Notes under the pieces: generated by a model | Database searches by the model: none | Told to the model about the DNA's origin: nothing | What the model saw: only the letters and a program-made list of their open reading frames with translations | From: Aduncisulcus paluster | Lineage: Eukaryota | Direction: 5' to 3' | Assembly: GCA_024181965.1 (NCBI GenBank) | Contig: BQXS01012745.1 | Location: forward strand, 44,673-64,672 | Length of the DNA stretch: 20,000 bases | Position numbers and translations under genes: made by a program | Part shown: piece by piece, positions 7,536 through 20,000 of the stretch | How positions within the stretch are numbered: the first letter of the stretch is position 1 | Layout: the number at the start of each line of letters is the position of its first letter

Positions 7536-10346
7536 ATGAATCCATGTTCATTTTGTTCTAAAGAATATAAAACCGATAAAGGAATTGACTATATAAATTC
7601 AGAAGGAATAGTATGTTTATATTTTCCTTTCTCTGCTTATCTCACATGTATATACAATTGAATTCTAAATATTCTAATCCTAAACTGACATTTCTTTTTA
7701 AATCTTTGCGAATTTATTCAAATTCTTATTATTTATCCAAAAATATTCTAGTTATATCAATTTTGTACCGAAAAATGTCAAAAACTATTTTTATTTTACC
7801 AAAAACAATCAGATCTAGGTCCTCATGCCTATCTAACAGGAAGCACAGCGGCCACTAATGATTCAATCTTCGAAAAATCTTCAGAATTTATAACCGATCT
7901 TTCTGACTCTAAAAAAGATTCTAATCCCCTTGATATTTCCCTTATTCAGAAAATTGATGAAATTCCTCTATCTCTTGCCGATATCAAATATCAAAAGCTT
8001 ATCACTAGTACCAAAGCTCGGGATAGTGCAACTCCTCTTGGAAATATTCTTAAAGAAGCTAAACAGGTTATACTGGAACAAGAAGCCAAGAAAAGGGGTA
8101 TGGTAATCACAAAAGAAGGTAAATTAGAGAAGAAATCTTGGGTGTTTGCAGGGCCAGAAAAACCTCCATCAATTATGCCAACAAAATCAGCCTATATTGA
8201 CAATTCATATGTTCCCGAAGAGATAGATCTCTCATCGACGAAGCAAGATCCATCAAAATGTACTTTTGGAGCAAGAACTCCTCACCAAGGTGGTAGGCAT
8301 TTTGTTGATGATGTTAATGGGGTCAAAATGGCCGGCTTATTCACAGAAAAATCGAAGAAAAGGCATCAATCGAGGTCACTTTTGACGTCTCTTAACCTTC
8401 ATATCGATATTAAAGAGGGTTCTAGACAATCTTCACCCTCTTTAACCGGTAGCAAAGTACAGACTCCGTCAGGTGCCTCTGGTGGTGATATTACCGTTAG
8501 AAAGAAAGTAGCTATTCCTAAACCTTCATTTTCCACATATTCAGCCCCATACACCCATGGCATTGTGATGGGACAAGCAACAGGATTTGAACCCGGGAAA
8601 TATGATCTGCCAAATTACTATCCATATGAAAAGAAACCTCTCTCATTCGATATTGGGGAACGCAAACCATCCCAACCCAAGAAAAAAAGGGTGGAAACAG
8701 CTCCTCCTCTCTCGTATATCATCCCTCGTGATCTGGGTGATGACTATACCATGCTGAGTAAGGGAGGTGGATCTCGGTATAGCGCCAAAGTATGGCGGAA
8801 AATAGCCGTTGCAAAGGCTCAGCAACAACAAAAAGTGGCGGCGCAATTGGGTGCAAGCTCGAATTCTCCCAAATTTAATTCCCCCGGGTTTTCGAATTCA
8901 AATCGTGTTGGAATTGCCCCCATGTCACCCAGCTTGAGTGCTCTCTCATCGGTTACTGGTCCTGCCAGGAAAAGGGTTCAATTCAAACAGAGTCCGGGTA
9001 GCCGTATCACTAGTGTTGGAACTCATCAAAGTGGAAGTCAAAGAAGGATTCGGGTGAAAGGATCTCCATTCGATCAGGCTAAACCAAAGCCCAGGATTGC
9101 CAGACATGGCGGTATGATGAAAGGTGGTGTTAGTTCGAATGATTCACCCCTTGTTAAAGCTGGTAAGTTTACCCCGCAAAAGAAAAGGAATATAGTGTCC
9201 CGATTCAGCCAACCTATCCCTCGTTCGTCGTCAGTTATGGCTGCACGAAGGAAGATATCTTTTGGAGATGTCATTGATTCTTCTGAGCCAGGTTCTCCTT
9301 TCAATAGATCGAAGACATCTCTTGGGTTTCGAGAGAAATCAAGCATGATGGATGCTGATATGATGGCAGACGATACATTATCGGTGGGAACTTCCTCTGT
9401 TTCTCAAGATGAGTCTATTTCAATCTCCCCTCGTGCAACCGATGAGAAAGATATTATGAGAACCGCATTCAATCCAATGTCCGCATCATTCTCTGCCTCA
9501 TCAACGACTGGGATTCAACCTATTAAATATTGTCATTATTCCGAATTTACTGATCCATCTGAATTGGATAAGAAAGCTCATCCAAGAGCTGTATCATCAG
9601 TGGGTTTCTCCAAACAAGTTCCTTCCGGTTGTTCTGGACGTCTTGCTGCTTCGACCCCATTTGCTGAGCGGACAGTCCGTTCCACCCCTGTAAATCTTGT
9701 ATCTCTCCCAGCAGCCTTTTCGAACACTCCGAAATACACTGAACAAACACAATCTGCAGCATCTGCTCGTCGAGCTCAACAGACATTCTCTACCCCCACG
9801 GCTGGCCGCATGTCAAGAAGTGCTGTATCACCTGGGTATTCAGCAAGAACCCCCATGCATGGCACATCTGGTTATCCTGCTTCTCCCTTCTCCTCTTCAA
9901 TGCTGGGAACTCCCAGAAAACTAAGTGAAAAGGAGCTACTATTCAAACGGAGCAAGTTAGTAAGTCGATTCATGCGTACTCAGAATCCTTCTGATTCTCT
10001 CCATCCCGCTGATGTTCATTTTGCAAAGCAATCTTTCTCTATCATCGATAAACAACGGGGTCAGATTGAAAAACAATTAACAGACAAGTTTAAAATGGTC
10101 AACTCGATTCAGAAACTCGTCAATGGAAATGGCACGAATACTCTGTCTTTTAGCGATGTTTATCATTTGAAACAGAAAATGCAGAAAGAACGGGAATTGA
10201 AGCAAAAGGCAGCATTAATGAGTCCCAAGGATTCAATTATGGTTCGAAAACGTGTGGCAGGGTTTGATTTCTCCCGATCTAGAGAAACTGGTCGATTACC
10301 AAGAAAGGACAAGAATATCCTCCAAAGATCAAAGATTATGAAATAG
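7536..10346 (+). CDS. 889-aa protein with an N-terminal L24e/TRASH-like Cys4 zinc finger and a basic Ser/Pro/Lys-rich region; join(7536..7610,7752..10346)
   Basis: The frame of ORF 8100..10346 stays open upstream to 7752, directly after an AG. The ATG at 7536 opens 25 codons ending at GTATGT. Phase-0 splicing gives MNPCSFCSKEYKTDKGIDYINSEGI/LYQFCTEKCQKLF. Confidence 0.85.
7611..7751 (+). other. Spliceosomal intron (141 nt, phase 0)
   Basis: GTATGTTT...ATTCTAG, T-rich, with no AG before the terminal one and an in-frame TGA inside. Its removal reconstitutes a Cys4 motif. Confidence 0.85.
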
Positions 10347-10759
10347 ATAATGATAATGTTTATATTATTCATTTGTTTTCTTTTATTATTAATTTTTATT
10401 GTTTAGTTGCTTCTCATTTGTATTTATATAAGATTTTGAAGAAAGTTTTTTTTCCATCCGCATGATCTTTGTCATTTGCTTGCATGTCGAAATATTATAT
10501 TGGATATTTTCCATTATATTGCTTTTAAGTCTTATTTCAAAGATAAATTTGTGAAAAGGTTTGTTTTTGATCGCTTTAGGCTCTTCTTTTTTTCTGATTA
10601 TTTTTCACGCTAATATCAATAGTAAAAGCTTGTTATGTATGATTTGTACAATATTAATTGTTTTTTCAAGGATTAAATGATGAAGAACTCCTTAATTATT
10701 GATTAATAACAATTTCCTATGATTGGACAAGATATTGGCATACTCCTCTCAAGTAATAC

Positions 10760-13700
10760 ATGGAATTTTCCTTGTCGGCAAGTTTATTACTTGCTCAATC
10801 AGCTGAATTCCTATATAAATTATTACCTCGAGTCCAATTATCATATGATGCTCGAAAAAACTGTGTTGAGCAGCTTCAAGAGCTAATAATGCGTGTAAAT
10901 AAGTTAATGTGTGAAAGACCTAAAGAATATGACGATAGATCTCATAGTAATCTTATATTTGATCGGTTTCGAGAATTGATTGATAAATTCCTTGTTGTGC
11001 AGGGATTTTGGTCAATATTTTCAAATCAACAGCCAGAAAAGGCTGTATCATATTTATTATTTGCAACTAAACCTGTTGATAGCTGTTTAACATCCTCTGT
11101 CTTTGTCAGCAAATTACTCTATGTTATATTTTTTTCAAGTACAACAATTGTTCATGACTTGACAATCACAATCATTAATATGTGTATTGATAATTGTATT
11201 ACTGTGCTTAATAAGCTTGCTGATGAATTTGAAATGTGTTTATACGTCAGCGGTAGTTTTGTACCAATAGTTGATACAATATGCAAATATCTTCGTAAAA
11301 TGAATCAAACAAGAGCCAAAAAAATCCTTTTAAATCGTCATGGTGGTTTGAATGTAACAAAACCGCCTCATTCATTCTTTTCAACAAATCATTCTATAAG
11401 TTCTGATTCTAGTTCTAAAACCGTTTATAAAATTCATAAAATATATAAAGAACCCTCAAAATATGCTATAACATATGATTTAAAGCATGGGTCTACTGTT
11501 TCCAATGTATTAATTGATGATGAACAAGGTGTGTTCCTTCCTTTCCTTGAACCTGTTACAATTACTCCCACCCTATTTTCCTCGCCTTCAACGTCTTCTA
11601 TGCGTGTTTTATATCCTCCAAATATCCAATTATACGTCAATCATGTTGATAATCCTTTACTTTTTTTTGATGGAATGAGGATGTCAAGCCAGCCTTCCTT
11701 GGCTGATACCAGAGCAATTGGTTCAACTCAGCATGGTATACAGTACGAAACCAATGGCCAAAGCATGCCAGTGCCACCATCGAATGGATATTATTATTCT
11801 GATGGCGTCGAAGGTGATCCCAATGATATGGAAAGATTGGCCCTTACCCAATCCAGTGGAAACATAAGTGAGTATCAAACCACACCCAATAGTCAACAAC
11901 AACCCCGATACTCAATCCATCAGTTTGGCAAAGATCCTGGTCATGGTCACCCCAGTGCTGAGACTCTGGGTCATCATGCAACGTTGGATGATAGTAATGT
12001 CCCAAGACCTCCTCCTTTTCGACCACCCGATGCTTGTTCAGAACATATTGAATGTGGAGGCATAGCCATTGCTGATACAGCCGAAGGTATTGATAATTCT
12101 GCCCTTCTTGCCAAGGGTATTGTCAATTTGAAATATGAGTCATCAGGTCGGATATTTCATTCCAGATCTGATGATATTTCGTCGAAAAGAACCAAATCTT
12201 TGTTACAAATGAATCACCATACAGCACCGACTGATGACAAAGATGATGTGAAGTCTATTGCAGAAACTAAGCAAGAAGTAGCCCCTCGAACAACTCGGTA
12301 TGATCCAAAAGAAGATCCAGACTATACTCCCCTTCCTACTTTAGTTCAACCAGATCCAAACGACTCATTCTCATGTTTTCTCCCTCGTGCCCGTATGATG
12401 ACACTCCACCGTCCTTCTAGTCACCAACGTTCTTCTGAATCATCCACAACGACTCCCCATAAGTCAGAGGGTTCTGGTCATTCTTGTGATTGTAATCCAT
12501 TCCATTCCCTTCTTGAGAGTCATAATAGAGATATTTATACCTATCCAATCCATAGACATCAAAACCAATGTGAATGCACAAGTAAGATGTCCCAAGGAGT
12601 TGGTTCAGCGTCGGTTTCTCAGGATTCTAGAAGCTCCTCGGTTTCATCTCGAACAGACAAAAGAGATCTCAGGAAGAGAATGGTTTCAACCGGAACTTCT
12701 CAACGAACACGTACTAAATTGCGTTCCCACCAACATGAATATATCAATAAGCAATCGAGTAGTCATATTTCCTCAAGGATGAGCGTAAAAGCTGATGTGT
12801 ATGTCGAGGACAGCAGTGAAGATGATGATGATGTTGTTTTACACCTATCAAATGATGATGCTAGTTCTGAAGATATTCGCCATGTCAAGTCGAGCACTTC
12901 TCTCAGAGGAATGCATCGTGTCAAGCATCGACTGAATGATACGCACTCCTCAATATTGTGTATTGAAGATGAGTTAAGCGATCAAACCACTTCATCTTCT
13001 GAATATGACGGCGAGGAACAGTGTCCTTGGTGTGGAAAGTGGCGTTCTCGGCGCCAGAAGAAGAATATTTACTCCCTTTTCTATCATCCTCATTCGTATT
13101 CTACCACAGGGGATCTGTGTTGTCCAAGTGAAGACAGTTGCTTTATTTATCCTCAATCTTTCTCAAATTTGGATCCTCGGGCGGCAACCGAAGAGGAACG
13201 AAAAGAAATGGAAATTAGCCGACTTTATTACCGGCACCTTCATTCACATATGAGAGAGAAAAGGACGAGAGTGGAGAGACCTCGTCGAAAAAAAATACGG
13301 AGGAAAATACGGAAAAGAAAGGAATCTTCTGATAATTCTGAGAAAGTTAAAAAGAAGCATGGTCATAGGAAGAAGAAAGAGTCAGAAAAGAAACCTCAAA
13401 GAAAACAACAACATACCCAGCCCACGATGGATGTTCTCCACACTCCTTCCGTCTCAAAGGATGGAAAACTTGACCGTCTCGATTGTTCCTCAAAGATTCC
13501 TTCCTCTTCCCTCTCAAGAAATTCACCCCACTCTTTCCTTCCTTCTGATGATGGTCCTATCCCTTCTCCGGATTTATCATACTCCTTTAATACTCACCTG
13601 CATGTGTGCTCTTTTCTGCAGTCGAGATCCCATCTATGCGTCAAACCCAGCACATTTATTTGGAAACCAAATTCGGACAAGAAACATCAGGGCAAGACAA

Positions 13701-16700
13701 AGTCTTCGTTTTATAGTCAATTCCAACAATGGTCCAGTGGATATTCTTCTGGAGAAAACTCTCGAAGCTCTGCTTCATTCGCGAGTGAGGAAGTGTATGT
13801 TTTGTATGTTGCTCAATTGTTGTCACATTCCCTTCTTACTCGAAGACAAACTCTTCAATATGGTTGTAATGCGCTTCTTGATCTGTTTTGGAAGACTATC
13901 CTTGACCCAAATGAGGGTTTGCGGGAGGCCCAGAGAGAGCAATTAATGGGGAATCGTAGTGCACCTCCTGGCAGACCGAGTAAGTCTGTCAATTCACATG
14001 CCCCAACATCGGCTGATCCTTCTCCTCGACCCTCACTGTATGCCCCATTGGGTTTGTCTCATAGAGTTAATGTTAATGAGGTATTTGATCGATTGAACGA
14101 ATGGATACTTAATCTGTACGAAGATAAAGATTTTGTAACAAGACGCAGACGAATTGAAACGATGAGATCCATCCCTTCAGAATCTATTCCTTTGGCTCAA
14201 TTTCCTCAATATAGCAATCGTCTTGATCCATTCCATCACCATTCTCCGATCTCTGCAAGGAGTATGTTTAAACAAATGACCAATTTTGACTCTCTTTATG
14301 ATGTTCCAGCTCTTCCTTGGTGGGTTGTGTGGAGCGATAATCCAATAGATAGCGCTCGGGAACAGCCCAACACCGAAGATAAGAAAAAGACCAGCAATAA
14401 TCCACAAACAGTTGTTCTAGCAAGTGAGGGGGCTCGATTCAAGCCAAGCGAAGGCAGTGATGATGTTTTCTTTGATTCATCGAAGGTTAAAGGCTCTATG
14501 ACTTTTTCTTCAAGTTCTAGTATCTCCGAAGACGGACTAGAATCCCGAGAACCCGAGCGAATTACGCCTCCTCCGTTGAATTCCTTTGCTATTTCTTCAC
14601 AGAATCAGACCACTTCGACCATTTCTAGTGATGTTGAAATTCCTGAGGTTGTATTCTCCTCTAGGTCTCGTCTTCAAGCTAATGAAAGTATTTCTGGCCT
14701 CTTTACTTTCCTCTATCTTCCTCCTCCTCCACCTGATTCCATGTTGCACACCCATCTGTGTACTCAAGAGGATGTATCGTTATTTTTTGCTCCATTAATT
14801 ATGTGTTTTTCCATGTACCATGATCTCATTATGTGTAAAAGAGAGAGTCGATGGGAGTTAGAGTGGGAAAAGATGAGGGATGAAAATAAGAATAGGAAAG
14901 AATCCCGTCAGGAATGGAGAGATGAGATGAGGAGAGCAGAAATGATGCATTCAAAATTCTGGTGGCAAGAGCAGCAACAAGCCGCACGATCTCACAATGA
15001 ATACGAAGCCACTGAGGAATCTGACACCCAATTCGAGATAAGCAAAGGGAGTCTTGATGAATATCACTCGTTTAATCCTCAGGCGAACTCTGTTGTTGGC
15101 GTGGATCCGTTGTTGAAAGGTTCAATATATAATGAAACGAGTGACTCGGTGGCAAGGAAGAAGAACAAAGATATCCCACAGGGGAATATTCCCATTCGTA
15201 TTCCCAAAGATCGTATTCCTGCATATCAACATACGACTCTTCCGATTATGTGTCCATTCCAATCCTCATCTGAGGAAAGTTGCATGTGTCTTGATTACCC
15301 TCAGTGTGACGATACTTTCGGTTTGAAACGACACAAAACGGACGAGTCGATATGGAGTTCTCAAAAAAACAGGAGAATGATGAATGTTGTTATATTGCAT
15401 ACATGGACCGAAATTCAGTGCAGATTCAGAAATATGTTGAGGAAAAAAGGGTCCAAGACAGGTCATCAGAATTTTCCCTCCTCCCATGCTCGTTTTTCTG
15501 AATCTTCAAGCCTTCCTTCAACATTTACCCCCTCATTAAGTTCAACTTTGATGGCTTTGAAGTCACCCAAAGCCGATGCACTCATACAGAAAGAGTGGGA
15601 TTCTCTTGAAGCCTTTCAATTGCCTGAAAATCAAGCCATTGTGTGTCCAGATGATCGTACAAACCTCACAATTGATCGAGGTTTAGTATTAAAGAGCATG
15701 TGGATTGGTCTGAAGGGAACTGAATATGAAAAAAAGAAGCTATCTTTCAAGAGGTTTAGAGATCTCCATGCTGTTCGGGCATGGAAGAGGAAATCCTGCA
15801 TTAAAGAACTTGTTCAGATGATGGAAGAGGAAGATCTCATTGTTCGCCGTGAAACGAAGGCCTTCCGTATGTTACACCAAATCTATAGAAAGAAAGGAAC
15901 CTTCCCGAATACAAAGAAAGGCATGAAAAGTATAATATCTCATGAAATCCAAGAACTTAGTTCACATATAAAGCGTCGCAATGCAAAATGGGAGAGCCGA
16001 AGAAAAGTTATGAATTCAATCATTTCAACTATTTCAACCTCGAGGATTCCAACCTTGGATGATGTGGAAAAGGAGGATGAAATTCGGTTCCTTGAAAGAT
16101 TATTTGTGATTGGCAAACATTTTCCTCATCATTCTAACAATTCATACACTCCATATCTTGCTTTCTCTTCCTCTGATGAGAATATTGCTCTAAAATTAGA
16201 TCAGGTGGAGTGGTTTGCGCAACTTATTGGTTATTCTGAACCTGATGGGGATGATGATAATGAATTAAATGTTGTCAACTCGCCTGCAGCATTGATAAGA
16301 CTTTTATTCCCATACCTTCCTCCAAACTATATATCTCCATTCAAAACTTCTGTTACTCCGTTCGTTCCTGGTTCTGATGTTCGGCAACGAGGAATGCTGG
16401 AGCTTGAGGAAGACAGTGATTTTGATCTCGCAGCTCTCAGCATGGATAGTGTTGATTCGACTGCCAGTATGTCAGTGTCATACACGTCTCCAAGTGTCAC
16501 AAGAGACTCGTCATCACAACATCAGCCATGGGCTCAAAACAAGGGACAGGTGAATCAAGATATGAAATCAGCGAAAAACTCATATTCTGGTTCACATTCA
16601 TCAATTAGTGGCTCTCCAAGTTCTTCTGTGACCTCTATCATTCCGCTTCCTGCCAATATTTATCCTTCATTCCTCTCATTTGTGAGAAATATGCGAGGTG

Positions 16701-19700
16701 TTCCTGCAATCAAAACCAGTACAGATCTGCTCCATTCTATCCGATCAAACTGCTTGGCGTCAAAAATTGTGGGTTGTTCAAATATTCCTGAGAGTTTATC
16801 ATCCTTACCTTCCTCTCAAAAGAGAATGAATCCGAATTCCAAGTTGTCTGTGTGTGAAATTCTTGCCATGGAAAATGAAAGTGGTGTCAGTGTTGGTGAC
16901 AAGCCTGCTCTGGACCTTATTGCACAGCCGTTACATTCTCCACTCGTGTTTGCAATGTTATACTTGCCTTTGTTCCTGATATCTGGCCGCTCAGTGATGT
17001 CACTTGCGTCTTATTCATCCATTTCGTTTCATTTTATTCTGGCTCACATTCTTTCAACTGCTTCAACTTCCTCTTCTATCCTTTCCTCTTTGACAGCAAA
17101 ACCTCTCTTTTCTCAACAATGCACTCAAGCAATCGTGACAAGAAGACATCCAACCTCTTCTCTTGAAGCAAATGGTGTCCATCAGAGTATTTTGCCACCT
17201 CCGTGCGTTCAATGGTATATTCGGCAAGAACGACTGCACAACCGCCAACGTGATCAGCAGAAAAAGAAAAAAGCTTGGAGTGTAAGCGCTGGAGTCGATT
17301 CAATCAACCAATGGCTCTCTGAACGTGAAAAGTTAAGAGTATTGCGAAAACGATGGGAGAAGAAAAAGAAAATGTCAATTGTTTTATCAAAAGTTGAATC
17401 TATATTGAGTGAAGATTCTCCTTCAGCTCATTCCTCAATTGTTGGAGGTGAGAGAAAGAGCGATCAAATCTATTCTGAGATCAAATTTTATTTATATCCA
17501 TCTGAGAAAGAAATAATGAACATTCAAAAACGTGCACATGATCATGCCAATCACTGTGAACGTCATGGAAAAGAGACTTTTGAGAAGCGTCTTATGTTTT
17601 CGCCTTATCCTGGCTCCTCCATGTCATCTCCTTTTCATTCCTCTTCTTCACTCTCCACCTTGACTATTTTATACCCTTCTCTTACATTATCCAGTCTGTT
17701 GAGCCATGATACTATAAATACATGTGTACAAGGAAGGGCCGCATATCGGGATCGCAATAGGAAGAAACGGGATAGTGTTGAAGAGAAGATGAGGAAGGCT
17801 GAAGAAGAGAAGATGATCGTTAGATGGTCAGCCACAAAAAGAGAAATGATTTTAATGACTGCTGACGCAGAAGATTCTCTTTCATTAGATTCTGTTGATA
17901 AAAGGATCTTAGAAAAGAAGAAGATCTCAAGATCTGATTGTACTATCACGAAGAAGGATAGAAAAGGTTTGTTACCTATTGATTTGTTAAGTCCACCTGG
18001 TCCAGATCAACAGTATTCGTCTCTTAAAATGAAACAGTCGCTCATTCGCTCACATGGAGAGTTCGAAATGTTGAAATACACTCAATTACGAGAGAAATAT
18101 CTCGGATATCACTCAAAGAACACAAAGGAACGGGAATGGAAACCGTATAAGCCATCCTACCAATTGGGTGAGCAAGGTCTTGATACCAACAAGACCTCCA
18201 CGAAGAAATCCTTCAAAGATTTCCTTGAAAATGCATCTGTTCGGGATCGTCGTGCAATGATAAACCAGGTTCTCAGTGATTTCTATTCAAACAATAAGAT
18301 GATTGCTGCAAATATATCTTTAAGCTCGTTATCCTCTCTTTTTCAATCTAATGAATCCGCCTCTTTGTCTACAACACCTCAAAATCGCATTTCTCAACGG
18401 TTCTTCTCACTCTCTCCGATGCTGGCTTCCTTATCTGAAGGTCCCAGTACCTCAGAGCTCCATGATTCTTCAAACCCCGATGCCAATAGCCCGGTTCCTG
18501 TGCAATCTTCCTCCTCTAGTGGTTCGAGAGCATCCTTGATGAAGTTTCTTGCATCTCTTCCTCCATGTTCNNNNNNNNNNNNNNNNNNNNTGCAAATATA
18601 TCTTTAAGCTCGTTATCCTCTCTTTTTCAATCTAATGAATCCGCCTCTTTGTCTACAACACCTCAAAATCGCATTTCTCAACGGTTCTTCTCACTCTCTC
18701 CGATGCTGGCTTCCTTATCTGAAGGTCCCAGTACCTCAGAGCTCCATGATTCTTCAAACCCCGATGCCAATAGCCCGGTTCCTGTGCAATCTTCCTCCTC
18801 TAGTGGTTCGAGAGCATCCTTGATGAAGTTTCTTGCATCTCTTCCTCCATGTTCCCTGTCATTGTATTGTCCTTTGCATACTATAGCTCATACAATGGCC
18901 AGAATGCCGCTTCTTGTTGGGGAACGGGTGCATCCAACCAAGGAAAAGAAGCGTTCTCGGCATTTGGATGGAGTGTCTGTCGATAACCAGGAAAATGTTC
19001 CCCTTCATTTGTCATTTTATCATGAATGTTTTAGATCGTCACCTCAACAAATCCAAATGAAGGATGCACATAATGGTTCCATTGATGTCCAAGATACTTT
19101 GCCTTATGTATTTAATTATCTTGATGTGTTCCTATGGTCAAATCCACTCTTACCACCCGTTATGGTCTTTCCTTCTTCACATCTTACACCCTCAGAGTTT
19201 GTCAAGCACTCTTCGTTCCCTTTTTCCTCTTCAATGTTTTCTGTCTGTGGTTGTATGTGCTTATTCAGTGGAAAAGAGTGGATAAAATGGGTCAAAAATA
19301 TTGGGTCTCACAACACTCAGGCTCAAAACTTTGATCACATTCACAAAACACAGTATGAAATGAAATCATCTGAAACACTCTCATCTCCTTCTGGAGACAT
19401 TGTTCCAAATCCAAATAACGCTGATAGTAAGTCCTCCTACTTTAAATCCTACGTTCTTCCTATATTAGAACATTCTGACAAAACTACCAAGGAGAAACAG
19501 CGTGATGGATATTTTGATATTCAATCAATATCTCGGCCTTTCCATCCATTATCGCTTTCGACCTCCCTTTCTCCCTCACGTGTCAAACGAATCCTTCTCG
19601 CTGTGGCCACGTGGGTATCACAATGTGCTAGTGGATGTGGCAGTGTTGGGTGTAAATCTTCTTCTAGTTGTAGGATTTCTCAGGCTGATTGCGATGGGAT

Positions 19701-20000
19701 GGGAACCTGTGGTGAAAAAGGGAAACGAGAAGGAAGAAAAGGTTTATTACCTCTGACAGATCCTTATTCCGTGACTGCATTTGCATCCAGACTTCCATCA
19801 GATATTAAAGATTGGGTCTGGTCTCGTGAAAAGGAATTACTCGACTCTTTACATGCGTCTTGTCAGGATTCCCCTCATGATCATATTCCTGTGGCACATA
19901 TTGCACCATTTTTGTCATTTCATGATGAACAGAAATATCTATTTTTAGTTGCTAAAACTATGCCTGTTCGAATTGGAATGTGCACGATGCTTCGAAGACT
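10760..20000 (+). CDS. Giant Ser-rich hypothetical protein, at least about 2985 aa, 3'-partial; effectively join(10760..18570,18855..>20000)
   Basis: The ORF runs 7.8 kb up to the N gap. After collapsing the gap-flanking duplication, the reading continues (LPPCSLSLYCPLHTIAHTMARMP...) with no stop to base 20000. No family recognised. Confidence 0.88.
18307..18854. repeat. Exact 264-bp direct duplication (18307-18570 = 18591-18854) flanking a 20-N gap (18571-18590); probable assembly artefact
   Basis: Identical copies directly abut the N run. The offset of 284 is not a multiple of 3, which creates the false stop at 18607. Confidence 0.92.

Noticed and set aside
7613..7858. 81-aa hydrophobic ORF
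   Set aside because: It starts at the ATG inside the GTATGT splice donor and reads through T-rich intron sequence.
10389..10692. Minus-strand frame of about 100 codons interrupted by a single TGA (possible readthrough, Sec or pseudogene)
   Set aside because: It has no initiating ATG, A-rich low-complexity composition, no recognisable homology and no SECIS-like element, so chance in AT-rich DNA is likely.
17960..19752. RKGLLP hexapeptide occurring twice (17960-17977 and 19735-19752)
   Set aside because: The similarity does not extend into the flanks, so it is insufficient for a repeat call.
4193..19756. Numerous 60-195 aa ORFs nested in or antisense to the long CDSs
   Set aside because: They are expected shadow ORFs with no recognisable domains. 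The twin 62-aa ORFs at 18351 and 18635 simply reflect the gap duplication.

Overview
Gene-dense eukaryotic genomic DNA, not prokaryotic. It uses the standard code, has short AT-rich intergenic spacers, short GT-AG introns and long Ser-rich proteins. An IFT43 homologue implies a flagellated protist; the style recalls free-living fornicates such as Aduncisulcus, but that is only an inference. Six protein genes are supported: (1) a SAC9-like phosphoinositide phosphatase on the minus strand, absent from the ORF track, with one intron and running off the left edge; (2) a minimal IFT43; (3) the AP-2 sigma subunit; (4) a 1193-aa coiled-coil hypothetical protein; (5) a two-exon 889-aa protein whose spliced N-terminus is an L24e/TRASH-type Cys4 zinc finger, followed by degenerate SHIPPO/ODF3-like motifs; (6) a Ser-rich hypothetical protein of at least 2985 aa running off the right edge. 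Both 20-N gaps are flanked by exact 251-264 bp duplications that look like unmerged contig overlaps. No RNA genes, mobile elements or CRISPR arrays were seen, and I cannot claim a new multi-gene system. The most novel item is the zinc-finger fusion in gene 5. All homology calls come from remembered family sequences, not database searches.
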